DNA of 64,000 nucleotides, from positions 1-64,000 of the IMG/VR virus record IMGVR_UViG_3300031555_001586, one strand, 5' to 3'. The DNA is from a virus (Duplodnaviria; Caudoviricetes). Position 1 is the first letter of the stretch. Every line of letters begins with the position of its first letter. The translations under genes were made by a program, and so were the position numbers. Under the pieces are notes generated by a model. The model was not told where the DNA came from and did not search any database. It saw nothing but the letters and a program-made list of their open reading frames with translations. Positions 20,150 through 29,496 of this stretch are shown here, piece by piece.

Positions 20150-20467
20150 TTATTCTTCAATTAGATAGCAATATTCAACCTTCCAAGGATTTTCGTCATA
20201 CATATACCAATCAAGACGAACACCATCATCAGAACCATCTAAGCAATTGGCAAAAACGGAATTGCTCAACTGGTTAGGTAAGAACATTTTCTGGTCACTG
20301 GTAGTCTGGTAACTTCTCTGTGTTACTGTGTACGGCTTATTAAAGTTGTCCTCAGTGAATACCACAACACCCTTTAAGACCTTTTCATTGCCCTTGTGGG
20401 TGTGGTTATGCTCCTTATTAAAATTCCGCATAGCCATAACAAATTCGTTCCAAGTGATTTTCTTCAT
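20150..20467 (-). CDS. conserved phage hypothetical protein
   Basis: 105-aa ORF with own promoter and terminator. Confidence 0.7.
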   Translation of the reverse strand: MKKITWNEFVMAMRNFNKEHNHTHKGNEKVLKGVVVFTEDNFNKPYTVTQRSYQTTSDQKMFLPNQLSNSVFANCLDGSDDGVRLDWYMYDENPWKVEYCYLIEE

Positions 20468-20675
20468 AGTGATTACTTCCTTTCAGTATTATGTTGTTGT
20501 CCTTATTGACACTGATATTATATCATATAAAAACATAGTTGTCAAGTACCTTTTATGAATTTTCTGTAAACAAATTATAGATATGATTTTGTATATTATA
20601 CCGAGCGGTAATTATATTACTGTATATTATACGAAAACGTGCCGTCTGGTATTTTGGTATATTATACGAACGTAT

Positions 20676-20822
20676 AAAAAAAAGAGTGGTGAATTTCTTC
20701 ACCACTCAAAAAACAAACAGCATATTATTTTATCCGAACTATCACAACAACAACAACATAACTATGCTTTCGCATAGACAACAACAAAAGAAAGGAAAAA
20801 GTTGTATGCTGTTTGTTTTATT
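20676..20822 (-). ncRNA. putative ~145-nt small RNA (anti-SD / anti-leader)
   Basis: Consensus promoter (-35 at 20852-57, -10 at 20829-34) and intrinsic terminator (20676-20707) with no SD-led ORF between; 15-bp closing stem and a GAAA tetraloop hairpin. Confidence 0.6.
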
Positions 20823-20876
20823 ACCTAGATTATAGCATATATTTTCCTGTTTGTCAAGTACCTTTTTTAATTATTT

Positions 20877-21167
20877 TTATTTTCCTTCAAATGTGCTATC
20901 ACCATTAAATCTAGGAAGAAAATGATGAAATTCCGTTGCTGGAAACTTGCTGCGGTCAATATTATTTACAATTCCTACAATATCATGTGCAAAATTAAAA
21001 TTGTCTGCGTTCAGCCAATCTTCCAAGCGCATATTAAAAGTATTGTCTGCGCTCTCAATGTCCATTAGTAATGTGGAGCGCTGTCCATGATAGATTCCAA
21101 GTTCTTCTGCTCTCTCTGCAATCTTAACATACATCATAAAACGTTCTTTGGTTTTCATTTTGTCCAC
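20877..21167 (-). CDS. hypothetical protein (DUF6874-like)
   Basis: LLMDIE...RLEDWLNAD.FNFAHDIVGI...FLPRF pattern. Confidence 0.6.
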   Translation of the reverse strand: MDKMKTKERFMMYVKIAERAEELGIYHGQRSTLLMDIESADNTFNMRLEDWLNADNFNFAHDIVGIVNNIDRSKFPATEFHHFLPRFNGDSTFEGK

Positions 21168-21365
21168 CTCATTTGTATTTTGTTTGTTCTGTTCTTTATG
21201 GTTCTATTATAACATGTATTTTCTATTTGTCAAGTAGTTATTTATATAATTTTGATTTTATTTCCATGAAGTATATTATACCAAATTGTATATTATACTG
21301 GCCTGTATATTATACGCAGCTATATAAAATAAAGGTGGAGAATTTTCTCCACCTCTTTATATTTA

Positions 21366-21755
21366 TTAAATGAATAGCGTTCTTACTTCGTATTCTTCGA
21401 AAGTCTTTTTGTTAAACAGTTCAATAACCGTTTCAAGTTCTTCCGTCACAATTTCCATCTGCTTTTCGTTTAGTGCGATTGTGTTTCCTTCTTCGTCGTG
21501 GCTTGCAAAGATACAATTACCATAGACGACATCAAGAATTTTTCCTTCTTTCTTGTCTACAATCGCAATCTCTGGCTTTAGGCCATCAATAAATTTTCCT
21601 TCGTCATTGATAATTGTATCAATTCCATTGTTTCGGAATGTTTCGCCAAGATAGGGAATTTCGATATAACCTCCCACAATCTTCTGCAATTCTTCCAGTG
21701 TGTTATTAATTTCTTTTGCTTCCAATTTTCCATTGCTAAGAGTTAAAACTTTCAT
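21366..21755 (-). CDS. DUF3846-domain protein
   Basis: NTLEELQKIVGGYIE and IINDEGK motifs. Confidence 0.75.
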   Translation of the reverse strand: MKVLTLSNGKLEAKEINNTLEELQKIVGGYIEIPYLGETFRNNGIDTIINDEGKFIDGLKPEIAIVDKKEGKILDVVYGNCIFASHDEEGNTIALNEKQMEIVTEELETVIELFNKKTFEEYEVRTLFI

Positions 21756-21960
21756 TTTTAATCTTCCTTTCTTTGTGTGTTGTATTGCTTACAAGTACAT
21801 TATATCATATTTTAGTCATTTGTCAAGTAGTTATTTTAATATTCTTTCAAGATTCTTCCTATTATTTGTATAATATACTACTGGTATATTGTTTGTATAA
21901 TATACTTGATAGTATAAAAAAGACAGTGGATATTTTTCCACTGTCTTGAATAATGTTAGT

Positions 21961-22137
21961 TTATATAATTCCGTTTTCTCTAAACTCTTTTCTTAATCCA
22001 AATTGTCTTGCCAGCTTTTCAAGTCTAATTTGTTGTAAGTGCAATTCTAACCAACTATAATTATGTTCTTCAAAATTCCGTTGCCATTCAATAGCTTCTT
22101 GTCTTGCTTTTTCTTTGTTAATTTGATATTTAGTCAT
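21961..22137 (-). CDS. small hypothetical protein
   Basis: MTKYQINKEKARQEAIEWQ..., SD GAGG; below the ORF-track cut-off. Confidence 0.6.
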   Translation of the reverse strand: MTKYQINKEKARQEAIEWQRNFEEHNYSWLELHLQQIRLEKLARQFGLRKEFRENGII

Positions 22138-22809
22138 GTTTTATACCTCATTAAAATCGTTTTTATGTATTATGCGACTTCAATAATAATTTTTCCGTTG
22201 TTCGTCCATACTCCAATTACATCAACATCAAAGAACGGGCACATAACTTTTTTCCCTTCAAACATTGTTCTATGGTTATTATAGTCTGCAATTCTTATAA
22301 CTTCCCCACCATCAATAACAGATAGAAACATAGATAAATTTATTTTCATAAAATTTCCTCCATAAAATGTTCTTTTATGTGTTAGTTTACTTTCCATTTT
22401 TCAATATATGGCTCAGTAGTTTTCCAATATTTATCATTGTTCAATTTTTCCAATTCTTCTTTTGCTTTCTTTTCTGATGAAAATATTTTATGTATTCCTT
22501 CATCACCATAACAACCAGCTATAATTACATATACATATTTCATATATTTTTACCTCTTGAAATTGCTTTTTAATTTATTGTCGTGTTGTTTTTTATCTGT
22601 GGATATTATATCACAATAATATTAGTTTGTCAAGTAGTTTTTATAAAATTCTTGAAATTTTCCACAGGTATTTTCCGTATAATATACCTGTGGTATGTAG
22701 ATTTGTATAATACGTTTTCCGTATAATATACGAATACGTCTTGCGTATATTATACCGTAAGATATAAAAGTAAGACGGTGAATTTCTCCACCGTCTATAA
22801 CTTTAATTG

Positions 22810-23202
22810 TTATTCTTCGATATAAAGTCTAATCTTTTCTCCGTATTCATCCAGTTCGCAAAGCATAGGATTAAAAATATTTCCATCTCCGTCATAACCG
22901 GAAATAAAAGCTGGATATTCCTTGCAATCTTTATCAAAGCCCATTATACCAAAACGGCTAAGAAATTGTCCGATTGCGTACCATCTATTATGATATCTAA
23001 ATGCGTTTACGATTCTTTTGTTGCTGTCTTCTAGTTTTTCTCCGTAACAATAAAGACTATGTTTTTCCGTTACCTCGATTGTTTGAATGGTAATCCAACG
23101 GCTGATTCTTTTTAGGTTTTTCATGGCGTTTTTCTCCTTTTGATTTTGTTGTTGTAATAGTGTGTTGTCTTGTATAGCTTTTATAGTTATATTATAGCAC
23201 AA
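22810..23202 (-). CDS. hypothetical phage protein
   Basis: True start is probably MKNLKRISR after SD AAGGAG. Confidence 0.6.
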   Translation of the reverse strand: MCYNITIKAIQDNTLLQQQNQKEKNAMKNLKRISRWITIQTIEVTEKHSLYCYGEKLEDSNKRIVNAFRYHNRWYAIGQFLSRFGIMGFDKDCKEYPAFISGYDGDGNIFNPMLCELDEYGEKIRLYIEE

Positions 23203-23395
23203 TTTTATGTATTGTCAAGTAGTTTTAAAAAATTTTCTGAAAAATGTTTTGGAATTTTCCGTTGCTGTGAGTGTATATTATACTACGCATAGCAGTTTGT
23301 ATATTATACTAATTTTCTTCTGGCGTATATTATACCAAATAATAAAAAAAGAAAAGGTGACGGGATTTTCCGCCACCTTAATTAGAATTGTTCTT

Positions 23396-23656
23396 TTATA
23401 TTGTTACAAGTCCATCTTTAATAAGATGAAAAACTACATTTGGAATACTGGTACAATCGCAATCATCAAAATTAAATACGATTGCAACTTCCCCATCTCC
23501 ACGCTGAATTAAAATAGTAGCACAACACTCTTCGTCTTCGATTTCGTATTCACAAATTCCATATTTTTCACTAATGATATTTTTCTTAAAACCATAGGAT
23601 TTAAGAGATTCTTCGTTCAAAAATTTTGCTTTAATCTTCATAATTAAATCCCCCAT
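23396..23656 (-). CDS. hypothetical phage protein
   Basis: 86-aa ORF next to site 23659-23674. Confidence 0.6.
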   Translation of the reverse strand: MGDLIMKIKAKFLNEESLKSYGFKKNIISEKYGICEYEIEDEECCATILIQRGDGEVAIVFNFDDCDCTSIPNVVFHLIKDGLVTI

Positions 23657-23678
23657 ATTAAAATTGTCCTTTTATTAG

Positions 23679-23888
23679 TCAAACGAGTGCTGTGCAGTTT
23701 CCTGTTTCCTCGCAGTAGTGATAATATATAACTTTCATATCATCATAGATGATATCGGTCATTGCACCATAATCATCAGTTAATGTTACGGCTTTTCCGT
23801 CTTGTCCTTTTGTGATGATTCTGAAATTCTTCGGTGCTTTTGGCAGGGTCATAAACAAATTCCAAACCGTCATGATTATTTCTCCCAT
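23679..23888 (-). CDS. hypothetical phage protein
   Basis: 69-aa ORF next to site 23893-23908. Confidence 0.55.
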   Translation of the reverse strand: MGEIIMTVWNLFMTLPKAPKNFRIITKGQDGKAVTLTDDYGAMTDIIYDDMKVIYYHYCEETGNCTALV

Positions 23889-23923
23889 ATCATAAAATTA
23901 TCTTTTTAACTTGTATAATGTTA

Positions 23924-24205
23924 TTAGTTATCAATGATTTCTAAGCTATCCCACCAAGCTTTACCGCCACCAGAAATTCCATAATAGTCAATAAAGGAAT
24001 TTATATGCCTCATAGTAGTTGCGCTGTAGCCCCACCAAAGTCTCTGGAATTGTCCATTGACGATTCTTGCTACAATGGTGTTATAACTTTTTAGTTCGAT
24101 TATTCCGTTATCGTGCTCGATTGCTACGGCCTTATTATAGAAAGATTTTCTTCCGTCAATAGGGGAAAGAGTAATAATTTTAGGGGTGTTGTTAGCGTGT
24201 TTCAT
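23924..24205 (-). CDS. conserved phage hypothetical protein
   Basis: KSFYNKA, LKSYNTIVA and SATTMRHINSF; SD AGAAAGGA. Confidence 0.7.
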   Translation of the reverse strand: MKHANNTPKIITLSPIDGRKSFYNKAVAIEHDNGIIELKSYNTIVARIVNGQFQRLWWGYSATTMRHINSFIDYYGISGGGKAWWDSLEIIDN

Positions 24206-24482
24206 GGTGATTTTCCTTTCTTTGGTGTTTGTGTGTTGTTTTGTTTTGTTGTAGTTATTATAACATAATTTTATTTGTTTGTCAAGTAGTTTATGGAATA
24301 TTTATGGAATATTTTTGTTATTTTGATAATTATTTTTAGAAGTGGTGTGGAGGTGGTATGGGGTGTGTGGTGTGGTATGTGTATATTATACGGTTATTTA
24401 GTAGTTTGATATATGTATAATATACTATTGATATAAAAATAAAAAAGAGTGGAACTTGCTCCACTCTTTATATATTTAATTG

Positions 24483-24632
24483 TTATAGATTGTTACCGAA
24501 AAGTGTTTCGTCAATTAGACGGTCAACAAGTTCGCAAATTTCCCATTCTTCCATATTGCTGATATTTTTTTCGTAGTGTTCGCAAATATCCTTTGCTTGT
24601 TCATAGGTAAGAATAAAGTTAATGTTTTCCAT
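24483..24632 (-). CDS. small acidic protein (49 aa)
   Basis: MENINFILTYEQAKDICEHY..., SD AAGGAG, own promoter and terminator. Confidence 0.6.
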   Translation of the reverse strand: MENINFILTYEQAKDICEHYEKNISNMEEWEICELVDRLIDETLFGNNL

Positions 24633-25133
24633 GTTGTTTCTCCTTTATAATTTTGGTAATTTTGGTTTTGTTATATACCTTTTTGGTATGGCTGTATTAT
24701 ATCATGTTTGGAATATTTTGTCAAGTGGTATTTTTTATTTTTTTTGGTGTGTTGTAGATTATAAAATTATTATCGAGAAACGATAAATTTATAGAATTTA
24801 TAGATTGTATTTTTGTGTGTATCTATTTTTAATCAGAATCACAATAAAACTTTTTCGTACCGTTACTCAAAACACTATCAACAGTTTTTCCACAACCCAA
24901 TATAAGTTTCCAAATAACCCCATACAAGTTTTCCAAAAACCGCTCATCGGGTTTTCAAAACCCTATCATCAGTTATTTAATAACCTAACTTAATTTGTAT
25001 AATATACACCAGTATCCACTGATAATGTGTATAACTCGAAACTTTTATAACTCATAATTTTCATCACTCGTTCGTCCCACAATCCGTATATTATACCAAA
25101 TCTTCCAGCTCAAATATTCACTCAAATATTCAC

Positions 25134-25481
25134 CAAACAAATGTTCGTATATTTTGTATATTATACCTCTGGTATATTATACCATTTCCTTCCATTTTGA
25201 ATGTTAAAAAATCAGGTTCTTTGACATTCGCCAGTATTTTGTATATTATACCAATTTTCCAAACGTATGTTCATATTGATAAATACAAACAAATGTTCGC
25301 TTTGTTAAACAAAAAAATAAAAATGTTTCACGTGAAACATTTTCTTCCAAAAGTTACAAATATTTACATTTAGTATATTATACCAATTTGTATATTATAC
25401 AATGATATTCCATATGAGTCATAAAAAATATCACTCGTTGGTTCCTGTATATTATACCGCTGGTATATAAACATATGTTCG
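25134..25481. promoter_or_regulatory. cluster of 4 Firmicutes LexA (SOS) box-like sites
   Basis: xAAAC-N4-GTTCG/A at 25134, 25260, 25286 and 25468. Confidence 0.55.
25324..25339. promoter_or_regulatory. parS: parS (Spo0J/ParB binding site)
   Basis: Exact TGTTTCACGTGAAACA consensus inside a 22-bp perfect palindrome (25321-25342). Confidence 0.9.
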
Positions 25482-25734
25482 TATATTATACCGCTCTTTT
25501 ATTTTGGTATATTATACCGTTGGTATATCTTTTGGTATAATATACGATTCCGTATATTATACCTGCGGTATACTCCATTTTATATTTGGTATATTATACC
25601 GCTTTATTTTCTGGCATATTATACCGCTTTAGTTTCTGGTATATTATACCGCTTTAGTTGTGTCTGAAAACACAAAAAAAGAGGATGGAATTTCTTCCAC
25701 CCTCTAATACCTATAACATTATTTGTTTATCTTT

Positions 25735-26043
25735 TTAAGATTGTCTAATCAAATAAATAAACAGAACAATAAAACCAAGCCAACCAAAGCACACCAGAAG
25801 CGATATAAACGGCATTTTAATTAGTAACCAAGCTTCCGCAAGCGTGGCGGATACCTCAGCCCATACAGCCACCAGCTCGCCAATAGAGACAACAAAAAGA
25901 ATCGTTGCACATGCTGTAATTGTTATTAGAATATACCAAAACAATTTAGCCATGAATTTTTCCAGCGCTGTCTTGTTTATCTTTATATCAAATACTCTTT
26001 CTTTATTAGTTTTATTGACTTCCTTTTTTACTGTCTTTTCCAT
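25735..26043 (-). CDS. membrane protein with two TM helices
   Basis: Two long hydrophobic segments; SD AAGGAG. Confidence 0.7.
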   Translation of the reverse strand: MEKTVKKEVNKTNKERVFDIKINKTALEKFMAKLFWYILITITACATILFVVSIGELVAVWAEVSATLAEAWLLIKMPFISLLVCFGWLGFIVLFIYLIRQS

Positions 26044-26062
26044 AGTATTTTCTCCTTTTTAA

Positions 26063-26188
26063 TTAACAAATAACAGCAAGTGAAAAGAAAATTGCAACGG
26101 CAGAGGCCACATAAAATATGCTTATAATAACCATAACAAACTCTTTTATATAATTACGGCGATAATCTTTAGGAACTTCGTAATACAT
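26063..26188 (-). CDS. small single-TM protein (41 aa)
   Basis: MYYEVPKDYRRNYIKEFVMVIISIFYVASAVAIFFSLAVIC; SD AAGGAG. Confidence 0.55.
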   Translation of the reverse strand: MYYEVPKDYRRNYIKEFVMVIISIFYVASAVAIFFSLAVIC

Positions 26189-26554
26189 AATCAATTCTCC
26201 TTTTGTTTTCTGTTGTTGTTTGTTGTTTGATTACAAGAGGATTATAACATAAATTTACTTATTTGTCAAGTATTTTTTATAAAATTCTGATAATTTTTCC
26301 GATAATTTTCCGAAGACATCTTGTATATTATACCAAAGGTATATCTTTATATATTATACCAAAAGTATAAACTGTTTAATTACGTATATTATACCGTTGG
26401 TATATTCCATTTGTTGTTCTGGTATATTATACCGATTGTATAATATACCGACGGATACCAGAAAATATATTTGGTATATTATACGAAATTACGCCACACA
26501 AAAAACAAAAGAAAAAGAAGGTGGATTTCTCCACCTTCCATATAACTTTATTTG

Positions 26555-26809
26555 TTATTCCTCTTCCTCCTCTTCCTCTTCTCTGTACATCAGTTCTTCA
26601 AAACTTCCATAGCCCAGCCAATCAGCAATAGTATCGTCCTCAAACCAAAAGAAATCATTAATTTCAACGTCCTCCATTCCATCAGGATAAATTTCTTCCA
26701 ACATGTTTTCAATAGTGTCAATTTCATCTTCGGTCAAATACTTTACAGTATCTTTTGCACCGCTCCAAAAATCAAAGTTTACAAGTCTTTCTTCCGTGTA
26801 GATTTTCAT
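26555..26809 (-). CDS. highly acidic conserved phage protein
   Basis: ATG at 26809 after SD AAGGAGG; NFDFWSGAKD, INDFFWFE and a poly-Glu tail. Confidence 0.7.
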   Translation of the reverse strand: MKIYTEERLVNFDFWSGAKDTVKYLTEDEIDTIENMLEEIYPDGMEDVEINDFFWFEDDTIADWLGYGSFEELMYREEEEEEEE

Positions 26810-27363
26810 GGTATTTTCCTCCTTGTTGTTTTTATCTGTTGTTGTGTTCTGTTCTTCTTTACACCTATATAATAGCATATATTTTCTAAGTTGTCAAGTA
26901 GTTTTTATTTATTTTCCAAGAAATTTTCCAGTATTTTTATACATTTGTATATTATACGAATCATAAAATTTATCACTCGTTCGTTACTGGCCTCGTATAT
27001 TATACCAGTGGTATATAATATAAATTTTCCGAGCGCAGCTTGCCATACATCCGTATATTATACCAAATATTTTCCGCATGATGTTTCTATAATATTCCGT
27101 ATAATATACCAATAATACATATATAATAATATTCCGTATAATATACGATTATATATTTATTAATTATATATGTTATATACTGTTAGTATAATATACCGAT
27201 TGGTATATTATACCTCTGGTATAAATAATAAATAAATCTTCCAAACAACTCGTATATTATACCAAATTTCTATGCTGTTTATACATCGGTATAATATACG
27301 AATTTTCCAAGAAAAAATTCTAAAAGAAAAACAGTGGAGATAAATTCTCCACTGTCTGTTTAT

Positions 27364-27603
27364 TTAAAGTCCAGCCATTGCCAGAATAGCGTCCTCATAA
27401 TAGCAAGCTCTTTCCGTCACTGCAACCTTTTTCATTCTAGGATAAAAATTTCCTCTCAACCAAAACAACTGCAATTCTTCTGTAGTGCTATAATTACCGC
27501 TCGCATAGTTTTTCCAAGCAAGGTCAAAAGCTTGTTTTGCTCTCTTCATTTTTCCAGCCTTAATATTGTCATTACAAGCGTTGATATAATCCATGGTAGA
27601 CAT
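27364..27603 (-). CDS. hypothetical phage protein
   Basis: 79-aa ORF with SD GGAGG. Confidence 0.65.
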   Translation of the reverse strand: MSTMDYINACNDNIKAGKMKRAKQAFDLAWKNYASGNYSTTEELQLFWLRGNFYPRMKKVAVTERACYYEDAILAMAGL

Positions 27604-27618
27604 AAATTTTCCTCCGTA

Positions 27619-27795
27619 TTATTTCGCTAAAAACATGCTTTTGTCGATTTTTTCCAATGCAATCATCAAACCTGTAATTACTCCATTGTAATGGTCTTCG
27701 TGCATAGCTCCGCAATTCTCCAACATTTCTTCTTCGAACTCAATCTGCAATTTAATTGCAAGTTTCAAAACGTCCGCATATTCTTTAATACCCAT
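27619..27795 (-). CDS. small hypothetical protein
   Basis: MGIKEYADVLKLAIKLQ..., SD GGAGG. Confidence 0.55.
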   Translation of the reverse strand: MGIKEYADVLKLAIKLQIEFEEEMLENCGAMHEDHYNGVITGLMIALEKIDKSMFLAK

Positions 27796-28155
27796 AAAAT
27801 TTCCTCCATGTTGTGTTGTTCTGTTGTTGTTTACACACTTATAATAGCATACTTTTTATCATTTGTCAAGTAGTAAATTAAAAATTCCAACAAAAAATTC
27901 CACAAAAATCCATTCAGTATTTTGTATATTATACCGTTTCCCATTTAGTTTTTATCTGTTGTTCCTCCGTATAATATACCAAGGTATAATATACTAAATT
28001 TTCTTCCTGCAAAACTCCGTATATTATACGTTTGCGTATAATATACCAAGATATAAAACTCCGTATAATATACCAAACTTTCCATATTTAAAATCCAAAA
28101 CAAAAAAAGAAAAAGAGGGAAGTTTTCTTCCCTCTAATCTTTATATCTTTATCTG

Positions 28156-28461
28156 TTAGATATCGTAATAAACTTCTTCCTTGTAATACCCTTCCATTTC
28201 AACCGCTACTGTGAATCTATCCTGTACAGAGAAAGAATATCCAAAGTCCTTGTTGTATTTTCTGCTTGCTTCCGTTGCTACATTGTAATAAGCGTCTACC
28301 GCTTTTTCCGCATCATAAACGCCCTTCTTTGCTTTCTTCTTAAGGCTGTTAATAACCGCTGTGGTCATCCCTCTGTAAAGTTCTCCGTCATTGGTAGCAT
28401 ACAAGAAAAGCTCTCTGGATTCAGTGGTTTCCTTATAAATCATGTTTTTTGTACGTTTCAT
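28156..28461 (-). CDS. conserved phage hypothetical protein
   Basis: ATG at 28461 after SD GGAGG; RELFLYATNDGELY and KGVYDAEKA. Confidence 0.7.
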   Translation of the reverse strand: MKRTKNMIYKETTESRELFLYATNDGELYRGMTTAVINSLKKKAKKGVYDAEKAVDAYYNVATEASRKYNKDFGYSFSVQDRFTVAVEMEGYYKEEVYYDI

Positions 28462-29116
28462 GGTGTATCCCTCCATAAGTTGTTGTTGTTTGGTGTTGTT
28501 CTTTATCTGTCTATAATATATCATATAAAAAGTGGCTTGTCAAGTAGTAAATTAAAAATTCCAAACAATTTTTTCCATGTTGAATGGCTTTGTATATTAT
28601 ACCAACTGCCAGCATACAAAGCCCGTATATTATACCGCTCTGGTATAATATACGGATAACGTAGCAGCATCACTATTTGGTATATTATACCACGGGTATA
28701 ATATACCTCTGGTATACCTGAAACGGTATAATATACGGCTTGCGTATATTATACCGAACACCAAGAAAAGCGTATATTATACCAAGCTGTAAACAGCGCC
28801 GTATAATATACCAAAGACAGTACAAAACAAAACCGTATATTATACCAATTGGTATAGCTCTGGACTCTTTCAGCCTCTCAACAATATCCCAAACAGTATT
28901 TTATACCGCTCTCAGGCTCTCAGTGGCTCTCTCTGCCATTTTAATAGTCTCAGAGGGTTAACACAAGTGAAGAAAAAACGACGCTCTCAGAGGCTCACAG
29001 AGGCCCTCAGAACGTCGGTATAATATACGGAAATGATAGAAGTATAGACGGCGGAAATCAGTGGTATAATATACGATTGCACACAATTAAAATAGGCATA
29101 AAAAAAGAGGGGCATT

Positions 29117-29437
29117 TTAGCCCCTCTTTTTCATAGTTTCTATAGTTTCTTTAATCTCACAATCTACAATTGCTTTTTCGTCGTAGTTTAACCAATAGTA
29201 ATAGCCCTTAACAGGAGCGCATAAAAAATCACCTTTTTCGTTGCTAACTCCAAGACCAACCGCATAATGAGCTGGGAGATTAGTAAGCGCCCATAAATAA
29301 GCGGTGTCAATGTCAGGCGCATCAATTTCGATTTTGATACTATCGACAATAGCGAAGTCGGGGTATTTACGAGCGGTGTCCCATGCAAAATAAGTAGGGA
29401 CATCAGAAAAGCGATTAGCACGAATAAAATGTTTCAT
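29117..29437 (-). CDS. hypothetical phage protein
   Basis: 106-aa ORF with SD GAGGA. Confidence 0.65.
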   Translation of the reverse strand: MKHFIRANRFSDVPTYFAWDTARKYPDFAIVDSIKIEIDAPDIDTAYLWALTNLPAHYAVGLGVSNEKGDFLCAPVKGYYYWLNYDEKAIVDCEIKETIETMKKRG

Positions 29438-29496
29438 AGTAACTTTCCTCTCTTTAATAAAAGGGGCTGATTCCTCAGCCCCTATAACTTTATCAC

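Larger units (their letters stand above)
9650..29482 (-). terminator. family of about 16 intrinsic terminators closing early modules
   Basis: GC hairpins with a minus-strand U tract near 9651, 13906, 17903, 19478, 21332, 21920, 22770, 23354, 24446, 25680, 26516, 27330, 28113, 29106 and 29461. Confidence 0.8.

Noticed and set aside
22655-24900. DnaA boxes (TTTTCCACA near 22658 and 24886)
   Set aside because: Only two isolated degenerate matches, expected by chance in AT-rich DNA
24990-29075. CRISPR array (dense short repeats with variable spacers)
   Set aside because: The repeat is only 11 bp, occurs in both orientations with irregular spacing, and has no leader or cas genes
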